64,000 nt of DNA from Pseudomonadota bacterium. Lineage in GTDB: Bacteria; Pseudomonadota; Gammaproteobacteria; Burkholderiales; Rhodocyclaceae. Each line of letters begins with the position of its first letter. Within the stretch, counting starts at the first letter, position 1. Of the stretch, positions 27,599-36,467 are shown piece by piece. The notes under the pieces are model-generated. The model was not told the origin of the DNA. It made no database searches and worked only from the letters and a program-made list of their open reading frames with translations. The DNA is taken from contig JBDLTI010000003.1 of assembly GCA_039805865.1 (NCBI GenBank), positions 381-64,380 of the forward strand, given 5' to 3'. A program made the position numbers and the translations under genes.

Positions 27599-28222
27599 AT
27601 GTCATCGATACAGCCCGGACGTTTTATTACGGTGGAAGGCATTGATGGTGCCGGTAAAAGCTCACATATTGAATGGCTCAGAGCGTATTTAACGGCAGCA
27701 GGACATGCTGTGGTTGTTACAAGAGAACCCGGTGGTACGCCTTTGGGTGAATCTTTGCGGGCGATTTTGCTGAATGATCCGATGTCACCTGAAACTGAAA
27801 TGATGCTGATGTTTGCGGCACGTGCCGAGCATCTGGCATCGGTGATTCGCCCGGCTTTGGAATCCGGTGCTTGGGTGATTTCGGATCGTTTTTCCGATGC
27901 AACCTATGCCTATCAGGTGGGGGGCAGGGGCGTTGCCGAACAGAAATTTCTGGCATTGGAAGCGCTGGTGCAAGAAGGATTGCAGCCTGATCGCACACTA
28001 TTGTTCGATGTCTCAGTGGCCACAGCTCAGGCACGGCTGCATGACACGCGTATTCTGGATCGTTTTGAACGTGAGGCCAGTGACTTCCATCAGCGGGTCA
28101 GAGAGGCCTACCATCACCGCGCAGGGCAATATCCGGCGCGCATTCGATGCGTTGCTTCTGATGTGCCGATGGAACAAGTGCGCGCACAAATACTTACAGA
28201 ATTGTCTGATTTGCTGGGCTGA
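27599..28222 (+). CDS. tmk: Thymidylate kinase
   Basis: EGIDGAGKS P-loop, REPGGT, DRFSDATYAYQ. Confidence 0.97.
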   Translation: MSSIQPGRFITVEGIDGAGKSSHIEWLRAYLTAAGHAVVVTREPGGTPLGESLRAILLNDPMSPETEMMLMFAARAEHLASVIRPALESGAWVISDRFSDATYAYQVGGRGVAEQKFLALEALVQEGLQPDRTLLFDVSVATAQARLHDTRILDRFEREASDFHQRVREAYHHRAGQYPARIRCVASDVPMEQVRAQILTELSDLLG

Positions 28223-28223
28223 T

Positions 28224-29321
28224 ATGATCAATTGGGTTGAACTCCATCGCGATGCCTGGAACCAGATTCAAGCGGCAAAAGCAGCGGACCGTCTGGCACA
28301 CGCGCTTTTACTGACTGGCTCAGCCGGTATTGGCAAGCTGGAATTTGCGGAAAGCGTTGCCGCAGGTCTGCTCTGCGATCAACCCGGATCCGATGGTCAG
28401 GCCTGTGGTACATGTACAGCGTGCACCTGGCATGCATCGGGTAATCATCCGGATTTCCGCCGTTTACGCCCTGAAGCTTATTCAGAAGAGTTACCGGATA
28501 GTGAGGACGCGAAGCCTTCTAGTGCCAAAGCAGATAAGAAAAAGAGTGAGCAGATTCGTATTGACCAGGTGCGTGCACTGGAATCTTTTATTCAGGTAGG
28601 GAGTCATCGGGGTCGCCGGGTGATTCTGATTGAACCAGCTGAAGCGATGAATGAAGCAACAGCCAATGCCTTGCTGAAATCGTTGGAAGAACCGCCCGCC
28701 GGCGTACATTTTCTGTTGATCAGCCACGCTGCCGAACGCTTGTTACCGACTGTACGAAGCCGTACCCGTGCGATCCCAATGGCGGTGCCAGCAAGGACAG
28801 TCGCTCTGGCGCAGATGGCAAAGATTACCCCACCATTAAGACAGGCGGATCTCTGGTTGAACCGCTGTGCGGGTGCGCTACGCTTTGCCGTAAATCTTGC
28901 TCAGGCGGCTGAAAAACATCCGAATGCCAACGATGAGGCCTTGGCAGAAGTCGCTATTCTTGATGCGCTACAGACGCAATTGCCTTTAGGTGATCGTATG
29001 GATCCATTGGCTCTCGCTAAAACCTGCGAGAGTCTCATCAAAGGAGATCAATCCGGCTTACGATTGGCATGGTTGATTGATTGGCTGCAGCGTTGGACAC
29101 TCGATTTACAATTGGTGCGTCTGGGTTCAACCCCATTGGTTTTTCCAGAACAGCTCGTTGTTTTGCAGCGCCTGTCATCGCAACTGAATGACGATGCGTT
29201 GCGTGTTTTCCCTGACTTTTTACTTGAGTCGCGTAAGTTGAGCGGGCACCCACTGAACATCAAGCTGTTTCTTGAATCTATTTTCTCGCGCACGATGGCG
29301 CTCTACGAACGGCAGGCTTAA
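28224..29321 (+). CDS. holB: DNA polymerase III subunit delta'
   Basis: AHALLLTG, zinc motif CGTCTAC, HPDF, ANALLKSLEEP. ATG at 28224 follows the tmk stop. Confidence 0.95.
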   Translation: MINWVELHRDAWNQIQAAKAADRLAHALLLTGSAGIGKLEFAESVAAGLLCDQPGSDGQACGTCTACTWHASGNHPDFRRLRPEAYSEELPDSEDAKPSSAKADKKKSEQIRIDQVRALESFIQVGSHRGRRVILIEPAEAMNEATANALLKSLEEPPAGVHFLLISHAAERLLPTVRSRTRAIPMAVPARTVALAQMAKITPPLRQADLWLNRCAGALRFAVNLAQAAEKHPNANDEALAEVAILDALQTQLPLGDRMDPLALAKTCESLIKGDQSGLRLAWLIDWLQRWTLDLQLVRLGSTPLVFPEQLVVLQRLSSQLNDDALRVFPDFLLESRKLSGHPLNIKLFLESIFSRTMALYERQA

Positions 29322-29329
29322 TTATTACC

Positions 29330-30130
29330 ATGACGCGTTTGATTGACTCCCACTGCCATCTTGATTTTGATGGTCTTTCCAATCGGTTGCCGGACGTGCT
29401 GTCTGCGATGGTTGCAAACGATATCGCGGGCTGCATGACCATTGGGGTAACCCTTGAAGAGTTTCCGCATGTGCTGGCGATTGCTGAAGCGCATGAACAG
29501 ATTTTTGCTTCGGTTGGCGTGCATCCGGAGTATGCCGATCACCAGGAGCCTGATGTGGAGACCCTGTGTGCGTTTGGGCGGCATCCTAAGGTGCTGGCCA
29601 TTGGCGAGACGGGTCTGGACTATCACTGGCACAAGGACCAACCCGAATGGCAACGTGAACGATTTCGCGTGCATATCCGAGCGGCTAAAGCCCTGAACAA
29701 ACCACTGGTCATTCACACACGAGAAGCTGCAGAAGATACATTGGCTATCCTGAAAGAAGAGGGTGCTAGTGCGGTGGGTGGCATTCTGCATTGTTTTACC
29801 GAAAGCCTTGCTGTCGCAGAAGAGGCAATGGCGCTCGGCTTCTATATTTCGATTTCAGGCATTGTCAGCTTCAAGAAGGCAGAACAGGTGCATGAAGTGG
29901 CGCGTTCAATCCCCCTGGATCGTTTACTGATAGAAACAGATTCGCCGTACCTGGCGCCGGTGCCCTATCGGGGCAAACCGAATGAACCTGCTTATGTAAA
30001 ACACGTCGCTGAAGCAATCGCCAATTTGCGCCAGATTTCCTATGCAGAGGTTGCTGAAGCCAGTAGCCAGAATTTTCTCAGGCTTTTTCCTGCATCTGCC
30101 ACTGTGCTGGCGCCGAGGGTAGGACTATGA
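29330..30130 (+). CDS. tatD: TatD family hydrolase
   Basis: DSHCH, GETGLDY, HCF, ETDSPYL motifs. Confidence 0.95.
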   Translation: MTRLIDSHCHLDFDGLSNRLPDVLSAMVANDIAGCMTIGVTLEEFPHVLAIAEAHEQIFASVGVHPEYADHQEPDVETLCAFGRHPKVLAIGETGLDYHWHKDQPEWQRERFRVHIRAAKALNKPLVIHTREAAEDTLAILKEEGASAVGGILHCFTESLAVAEEAMALGFYISISGIVSFKKAEQVHEVARSIPLDRLLIETDSPYLAPVPYRGKPNEPAYVKHVAEAIANLRQISYAEVAEASSQNFLRLFPASATVLAPRVGL

Positions 30131-30825
30131 AGAAAGTGCTCTGCGGATTTGCGCTTTTCCTGAACTGCGCTCTGCTCTGGGCGGCGCCCACTGCGGATGA
30201 CATGGTCATTGCGGCTAAAAAGGATGATGCATCAACTATTCAGGAAGGCCTGAAAGCTGGATTCGATCCCAACTACAAGGATCGACAGGGCAATAGCCTG
30301 TTGATTCATGCGACGGCAAATGTGTCTGATTCAGCCGCGTTGGCCTTGCTTAACGGGGGCGCTGATCCGAAGTTAAAGAACCGTTCGGGTGATGATGCGC
30401 TGAATTATGCATCGCTCAAAGGTAGCCTGCCGGTAGTGAAAGCGCTTGTTGCCAAAGGCGTGCCTGTAACGCGACCTCAGGGATGGCAGCCGCTCACTTA
30501 TGCCGTGGTTGGTAAACAGCAGGCAGTATTTGACTATCTGATGGATCAGGGCGCTGATCCTAACGGGAACAATCCGACCCAGGTATCTGCGCTCATGTAT
30601 GCGGCACGAGAAGGGCAAGAGGAGATGGTGGATCGATTGCTAGCAGCAGGCGCAGATCCAACCTGGACCAAAGGCGGTGAAAGTGCGGTCGACTGGGCAT
30701 TGAAAGCGCAGAATACCGATATTGCCGAAAGGATCATGAAGGCCCAGGAAAAAGTTGGGTTTGGACGTTCAGTCGTACTGAATGAGGACGAAGACGAAGA
30801 AGAAGCGGTGCCTGAAAAGCAATGA
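30127..30825 (+). CDS. Secreted ankyrin-repeat protein
   Basis: Signal peptide; several ankyrin repeats (LL.GGADP, SALMYAAREG). Confidence 0.9.
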   Translation: MKKVLCGFALFLNCALLWAAPTADDMVIAAKKDDASTIQEGLKAGFDPNYKDRQGNSLLIHATANVSDSAALALLNGGADPKLKNRSGDDALNYASLKGSLPVVKALVAKGVPVTRPQGWQPLTYAVVGKQQAVFDYLMDQGADPNGNNPTQVSALMYAAREGQEEMVDRLLAAGADPTWTKGGESAVDWALKAQNTDIAERIMKAQEKVGFGRSVVLNEDEDEEEAVPEKQ

Positions 30826-31391
30826 ACCGTATCAAAAAGGCATGGCTAGCTTTGTTGCTAGCTGGCATTGGTTTTTGCTCTGTACCCCTTGCTCTTGCCG
30901 AAAGCACATCTAATCAAGCAGGTGCTGCCTCTTTGGTGCCGCAAACACAGATTCGCATGTACTTTACACCGGGTGACTCAGCCGAATCAGCCATTGTCGA
31001 TCAGTTGCTCAACGCTAAAGAATCGATTCTGGTGCAAGCCTATTCATTTACCAATCCGGCGATTGCAGAAGCTTTGGCCGATGCGCGTGGTCGGGGTGTG
31101 AACATCGAGATCCTGCTTGATAAAAGTCATCGTACCCAGAGATATTCAGCAGCGGGCTTTACGGCGAATGCCGGTATTCCCACGCTGATAGATGACCGAC
31201 ATGCAATCGCTCACAATAAAATCATGATTATTGATGGGCGGGTTGTTATTACCGGGAGCTACAATTTCACAAGAGCCGCAGAAAAGACTAACGCGGAGAA
31301 TCTGGTGATTATCGAGTCCGGTTCAATAGCCGAGAAATACCACAATAACTGGCAGAAACATCGGCGGCACTCCCAGCCTTATCAACGATAA
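30822..31391 (+). CDS. Phospholipase D family Nuc-like endonuclease, secreted
   Basis: Single HKD motif HNKIMIIDG, TGSYNF, NAENL; N-terminal signal peptide. Confidence 0.9.
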   Translation: MNRIKKAWLALLLAGIGFCSVPLALAESTSNQAGAASLVPQTQIRMYFTPGDSAESAIVDQLLNAKESILVQAYSFTNPAIAEALADARGRGVNIEILLDKSHRTQRYSAAGFTANAGIPTLIDDRHAIAHNKIMIIDGRVVITGSYNFTRAAEKTNAENLVIIESGSIAEKYHNNWQKHRRHSQPYQR

Positions 31392-31402
31392 GCATCAAGC
31401 CA

Positions 31403-31432
31403 TTAAAAAAGCGCCCGAAGGCGCTTTTTTAA
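31403..31432. terminator. Bidirectional intrinsic terminator
   Basis: TTAAAAAAGCGCC-cgaa-GGCGCTTTTTTAA between convergent genes. Confidence 0.9.
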
Positions 31433-31447
31433 TCGAGCGGCTACTGA

Positions 31448-32650
31448 TTAGGAAAGCACAGCCGCAATGGCATCTGCCACGGCACCGATGTTTTTGTCGT
31501 TCAGTGCAGCCAGACAGATGCGGCCAGTAGAAACCGCGTAAATGCCATATTGGTCACGGAGAACGTCCACCTGAGCAGCTGTTAGGCCAGTGTAGGAGAA
31601 CATCCCGCGTTGCTGGATAACAAAGCTGAAGTCCTGCTTGACGCCTTTGGCTTTGAGTTTATCGACCAGAGCGACCCGCATGGCGCGGATGCGATCACGC
31701 ATTTCAGCCAGCTCGTGTTCCCACATCACACGCAGTTCAGGGCTGGTAAGTACGGCTGCAACCACTGCTGCACCATGGGTTGGTGGGTTCGAATAGTTCG
31801 TGCGGATAACGCGCTTCAGTTGCGACATCACACGCGCTGATTCATCGGCCGATTCGGTAACGATAGACAGGGCACCAACGCGTTCGCCGTAAAGCGAGAA
31901 GGATTTCGAAAACGAAGAGGACACCAGGAACTGCAAGCCCGAATGTGCAAACTTATCAAGTACGATTGCGTCAGGTTGGATGCCTTCAGCAAAACCCTGA
32001 TAGGCCATATCCAGGAATGCAATCAGACCCTTAGCACGGATTACATTAATCACCTGATCCCACTGTTCGTTGCTGAGATCGGCGCCAGTTGGGTTGTGGC
32101 AGCATGCATGCAATAGGACGATCGAGTCCTTGGGCATGGCATTCAGGTCAGCCAGCATGCCAGCGAAGTTGACACCACGCGTTGCCGCATCGTAATAGCT
32201 ATAGGTTTTAACCGGGAAATCGGCTGCTTCAAAGAGCGCACGATGGTTTTCCCAGGATGGATCGCTGATATAAACCGTTGCATTAGGCACCAGGCGCTTC
32301 AGATAATCAGCACCGATTTTCAGGGCGCCAGTACCACCGATGGCCTGGGCGGTTACCACACGCTTGTCGCGTAGCAGCTGAGTGTCATGACCGAAGAGTA
32401 GGGCTTGTACAGCTTGATCGTAAGCAACCGAGCCTTCGATTGGCTGGTAGCCACGAGCCGGTGGATTCTTCATCCGGGCTTCTTCGGCAGCACGAACGGC
32501 CTTGAGTAGGGGCAGTTTGCCCTCATTGTCGTAGTACACGCCCACACCCAGGTTAACCTTGTTGGCGCGAGTGTCTGCGTTAAAGGCTTCGGTCAGGCCG
32601 AGAATCGGGTCGCGCGGTGCGAGTGCGACATCAGCAAAAATCGAGGACAT
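31448..32650 (-). CDS. tyrB: Aromatic amino acid/aspartate aminotransferase
   Basis: NLGVGVY, HACCHNPTG, SFSKSFSLYGERVG (PLP lysine). ATG at 32650 has a GGAG SD. Confidence 0.93.
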   Translation of the reverse strand: MSSIFADVALAPRDPILGLTEAFNADTRANKVNLGVGVYYDNEGKLPLLKAVRAAEEARMKNPPARGYQPIEGSVAYDQAVQALLFGHDTQLLRDKRVVTAQAIGGTGALKIGADYLKRLVPNATVYISDPSWENHRALFEAADFPVKTYSYYDAATRGVNFAGMLADLNAMPKDSIVLLHACCHNPTGADLSNEQWDQVINVIRAKGLIAFLDMAYQGFAEGIQPDAIVLDKFAHSGLQFLVSSSFSKSFSLYGERVGALSIVTESADESARVMSQLKRVIRTNYSNPPTHGAAVVAAVLTSPELRVMWEHELAEMRDRIRAMRVALVDKLKAKGVKQDFSFVIQQRGMFSYTGLTAAQVDVLRDQYGIYAVSTGRICLAALNDKNIGAVADAIAAVLS

Positions 32651-32798
32651 AAAAGCTCCGGTGGCCGCCGGCGTTGCCGGCATGGAGGAAATGAGGAAGG
32701 ACGCGTTAAACTGTGCTCAAGGGCATAGAATAATTTGAAAATTCTAACATGGCATAGCCTTTCTATGCCGCTAATGTGCTGCAACAGAGATCTGCTTA

Positions 32799-34895
32799 AT
32801 GACCAACGATTCTGCTTCAATTTCCGAACTTGCTTCAGTTTCTGCATCCAAGGTGGTGACCTTTGATGGCAGTCCATTTCGCCTGCATCAGCCGTTTCCA
32901 CCTGCCGGAGATCAGCCGGTTGCCATTGAACAACTGATGTCGGGTTTGGAAGATGGTCTTTCCTTCCAGACCTTGCTGGGCGTAACTGGCTCTGGAAAAA
33001 CCTACACCATGGCCAATGTGATCGCCCGTAGCGGCCGTCCTGCCCTGGTATTGGCACCGAATAAGACATTGGCTGCGCAGCTTTACGCGGAGTTCAAGGA
33101 GTTCTTCCCGGAAAATGCCGTTGAATACTTCGTCTCTTATTACGACTATTATCAGCCCGAGGCCTATGTGCCGAGCCGGGATCTGTTCATTGAAAAGGAC
33201 TCATCAATTAATGAACATATTGAACAGATGCGCCTTTCTGCAACCAAAAGTCTTATAGAACGTAGTGACTGCATTATTGTTGCCACGGTTTCTTGTATCT
33301 ACGGTATTGGTGATCGTGATGAGTATCATCAGATGATCATGCATGTTCGGGAGGGCGATAAGCTCGCACAGCGCGATTTACTCAAACGACTGGCCGAGAT
33401 GCAGTACAGCCGTAATGAGATGGATTTCCAGCGCGGCACCTTCCGCGTTCGCGGTGATGTGATTGATGTGTTTCCGGCAGAGCATGCTGAGCATGCCTTA
33501 CGAATTGAGCTCTTTGACGATGAAATCGAGCGGCTTCAACTGTTTGATCCGCTTACGGGTGAAATCAGACAAAGACTGTCCCGTTTTACGGTCTATCCAT
33601 CGAGTCATTACGTCACGCCGCGTGCAACGGTATTGCGTGCGCTAGAAGGCATTAAGGAAGAGCTTAATGTGCAACGTGCAGCCTTTCTTTCAGAGGCCAA
33701 GCTGGTAGAAGCGCAACGTCTTGAACAAAGGACGAAGTTCGATATCGAAATGCTGAACGAAGTGGGCTTCTGCAAGGGGATTGAAAACTATTCGCGCCAT
33801 CTTTCTGGCCGTAATCCGGGTGATCCCCCCCCAACGCTGATTGATTACCTGCCCGACAATGCGTTGATTTTTATCGATGAATCTCATGTAGCGATCGGGC
33901 AGGTGGGTGCCATGTACAAGGGCGACCGGTCGCGTAAAGAAAACCTGGTGAATTATGGTTTCCGTTTGCCATCTGCACTGGATAACCGACCACTTAAATT
34001 TGATGAATTCGAACAGCGGATGCGCCAGGCGGTATTTGTATCAGCCACGCCGGCTGCCTATGAAAAGGAACATGCCGGCCAGGTTGTAGAGCAGGTGGTT
34101 CGGCCAACAGGGCTTGTGGATCCACTGGTTGAAGTCAGACCCGCAACCACTCAGGTTGACGATTTGCTCGGCGAAATACGTAAACGTGTCGCTCTTGATG
34201 AACGTATCCTTGTAACAACGCTGACGAAGCGCATGTCCGAAGATTTGACGGACTATCTTACTGAAAACGGCATCAAGGTACGATATCTGCACTCGGATAT
34301 TGATACGGTTGAACGCGTGGAGATCATTCGCGATCTTCGTTTGGGCGTATTTAATGTGGTGGTGGGTATTAACCTGTTGCGTGAAGGTCTGGATATTCCC
34401 GAGGTGTCGCTGGTCGCGATCCTAGATGCTGATAAGGAAGGTTTTCTGCGTTCTGAAACCTCGTTGATTCAAACGATTGGTCGTGCAGCGCGTCATTTGA
34501 ATGGTTCCGCCATCCTTTATGCAGACAAGATCACCGGGTCAATGCGCCGTGCGATAGATGAAACGGAACGCCGCCGACAAAAGCAACTCGCGTTTAATGC
34601 AGAACACGGCATTGTGCCGCGGGGCGTTCAGAAGCGGATTAAAGATATCATTGATGGTGTTTACACCACAGGCTATTCGGATTCAACAGATGCTCAATCT
34701 ATGCGCAAGGCTGCGCAGACACGTAAACGTTATGAATCGATGTCTGAAAAAGAAGTAGCTGCCGAAATCCGTAAGCTGGAGCAGGCCATGCAACAGCACG
34801 CCAAAAACCTCGAGTTTGAGGCGGCAGCACAGACTCGTGATCAGCTGTTCCGACTGAAGGAGCAATTGTTCGGCGCCGCACCCAAAGGGGATTAA
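32799..34895 (+). CDS. uvrB: Excinuclease ABC subunit B
   Basis: [23 protein letters not shown]-terminal UVR coiled coil. Confidence 0.98.
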   Translation: MTNDSASISELASVSASKVVTFDGSPFRLHQPFPPAGDQPVAIEQLMSGLEDGLSFQTLLGVTGSGKTYTMANVIARSGRPALVLAPNKTLAAQLYAEFKEFFPENAVEYFVSYYDYYQPEAYVPSRDLFIEKDSSINEHIEQMRLSATKSLIERSDCIIVATVSCIYGIGDRDEYHQMIMHVREGDKLAQRDLLKRLAEMQYSRNEMDFQRGTFRVRGDVIDVFPAEHAEHALRIELFDDEIERLQLFDPLTGEIRQRLSRFTVYPSSHYVTPRATVLRALEGIKEELNVQRAAFLSEAKLVEAQRLEQRTKFDIEMLNEVGFCKGIENYSRHLSGRNPGDPPPTLIDYLPDNALIFIDESHVAIGQVGAMYKGDRSRKENLVNYGFRLPSALDNRPLKFDEFEQRMRQAVFVSATPAAYEKEHAGQVVEQVVRPTGLVDPLVEVRPATTQVDDLLGEIRKRVALDERILVTTLTKRMSEDLTDYLTENGIKVRYLHSDIDTVERVEIIRDLRLGVFNVVVGINLLREGLDIPEVSLVAILDADKEGFLRSETSLIQTIGRAARHLNGSAILYADKITGSMRRAIDETERRRQKQLAFNAEHGIVPRGVQKRIKDIIDGVYTTGYSDSTDAQSMRKAAQTRKRYESMSEKEVAAEIRKLEQAMQQHAKNLEFEAAAQTRDQLFRLKEQLFGAAPKGD

Positions 34896-34899
34896 AGCC

Positions 34900-35724
34900 T
34901 TAGAGCTTCTTCATAATCGCGCACATATCGGTGGCAATACCGCTCACCAGATATTGCGTGACTGATTTTGATGCTTGGGCGAGCTCCGAAGCCTGTTGGG
35001 GATTTGTTTTGCTGTAGTGATGCAGGGTGACAGAACCCGTGGTGCCCGAGCTGTAGGCATATCGCCCAATTTGTTTGAGACTGCTCGATTCATACACACG
35101 CACAAAAGCATCACCTTCCAGCGTGTCATCTTTGAGGCCGGATCTGAGCTTCACGTTGGTCACGCCGACCTGCATAAAAAAACGATAGGGCGCAGCGCGC
35201 TCTCTAAAACCAGCCGGCAATGCGAGATGGGTTTCGGTCCAGTTAACCTTTGTGGGCTCAAGTGTTTCTGGATAGACCGCTGAATTAATACCGCAGGTCT
35301 TGAGCTGTATCGCCAGTTTTTGTGCGAAGTACACCGGTAAATTAACGGGTGCAATGGCTTGGGCAACATCCTGGCTATCGACATTTTTAGATGCCGATTC
35401 TTCGGCATGAGAGGCAGCCGCACTGCCGGCGGTAGATCCGGCCAATCCCCCGACAACACCCGCCACAGGCCCGACCACCATGCTTCCTAAAAAACCGCCA
35501 ATCGTTGAAGTTTTATCGGATATATAGCTCGTCTTAACCGCACCGCTAGGAATAATCAGAACCTGATAGGGGATTTGTCGAATTGGCTGTGCAGCATTTT
35601 CGTCAATGACATCCGCCGCTTTGCCAGATTGATTGATCTTGAATGGTCCGGATACGCAACCAGATAAGATTGAGCATAGTGCAATAGCATGAAGCGCATT
35701 CAAGTATGTGGATTTTTTAGACAT
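34900..35724 (-). CDS. Hypothetical lipoprotein with glycine-zipper-like segment
   Basis: Lipobox LSGC; GGFLGSMVVGPVAGVVGGLAGS; no family recognised. Confidence 0.7.
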   Translation of the reverse strand: MSKKSTYLNALHAIALCSILSGCVSGPFKINQSGKAADVIDENAAQPIRQIPYQVLIIPSGAVKTSYISDKTSTIGGFLGSMVVGPVAGVVGGLAGSTAGSAAASHAEESASKNVDSQDVAQAIAPVNLPVYFAQKLAIQLKTCGINSAVYPETLEPTKVNWTETHLALPAGFRERAAPYRFFMQVGVTNVKLRSGLKDDTLEGDAFVRVYESSSLKQIGRYAYSSGTTGSVTLHHYSKTNPQQASELAQASKSVTQYLVSGIATDMCAIMKKL

Positions 35725-35860
35725 TGTCGTTATTGTGCACGTTTGCCATAATTATGGAACAATGTAAAAAAATATTGAGACTTGAACCAGCAAGATCAAA
35801 CCACCAGATCAGGTTTTTAAAACTGACGTGGAGCATAAGCGGTTCAGAGAGGGGGAGCGA

Positions 35861-36391
35861 ATGACGAGAGTGCTGTTCGTGTGTATGGGAAATATTTGTC
35901 GTTCACCAACGGCAGAGGCTGTGTTTCGTCGATTGGCAGCGCAGCGTGGTTTGCTCGGTGAGCTGGAAATAGATTCTGCAGGTACCCATGGTTACCATGT
36001 GGGCGAAACGCCTGATGCGCGTACCCAGAGAGCTGCTGCCGAGCGCAAGTATGATTTGTCTGAAATTCATGCACGTAAAGTAGCGCCTGAAGACTTGGAG
36101 TACTTTGATCTGGTTCTGGCGATGGATCGGAGTAACCTGGACGCGCTGCGTAAGCTCTGTCCGTCTAATCGGCTGCATCGTCTCAAACTGTTCATGAGCT
36201 ACGCGCGTCAATTTGATGATGATGAAGTGCCTGATCCGTATTATGGCCTTGCCCACGATTTTGATCTTGTACTCGACATGATTGAAGATGCGGCAGAGGG
36301 TTTGCTTGATAGTGTTGTCCGTGAACGCGGTGATCTGGAACCTGCGAAGCTATCTTCAAAGGCAGGTTCGGGTAAATCTAAATCGGGTTAA
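35861..36391 (+). CDS. Low-molecular-weight protein tyrosine phosphatase
   Basis: VCMGNICRSP P-loop and DPYY; strong SD before ATG 35861. Confidence 0.95.
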   Translation: MTRVLFVCMGNICRSPTAEAVFRRLAAQRGLLGELEIDSAGTHGYHVGETPDARTQRAAAERKYDLSEIHARKVAPEDLEYFDLVLAMDRSNLDALRKLCPSNRLHRLKLFMSYARQFDDDEVPDPYYGLAHDFDLVLDMIEDAAEGLLDSVVRERGDLEPAKLSSKAGSGKSKSG

Positions 36392-36423
36392 TTAGAAGTA
36401 ATATTAGAAGTGATTCCAGACAT

Positions 36424-36451
36424 AAAAAAACGCGCCGGAGCGCGTTTTTTT
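36424..36451. terminator. Bidirectional intrinsic terminator
   Basis: A7-CGCGC-cgga-GCGCG-T7 between convergent PTP and rne. Confidence 0.88.
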
Positions 36452-36467
36452 ATGGAGCACTCCAGAA

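Noticed and set aside
27897-28223. N-terminal extensions in the ORF track (holB 27897; also ABC ATPase 3440, tadA 24578, fabD 45527, rpoE 50994, degP 52432)
   Set aside because: They overlap upstream genes and precede the family-typical N-termini; downstream starts were chosen instead.
36391-36411. ATTAGAAGT direct repeat after the PTP gene
   Set aside because: Only two 9-nt copies next to a terminator; probably a small local duplication.
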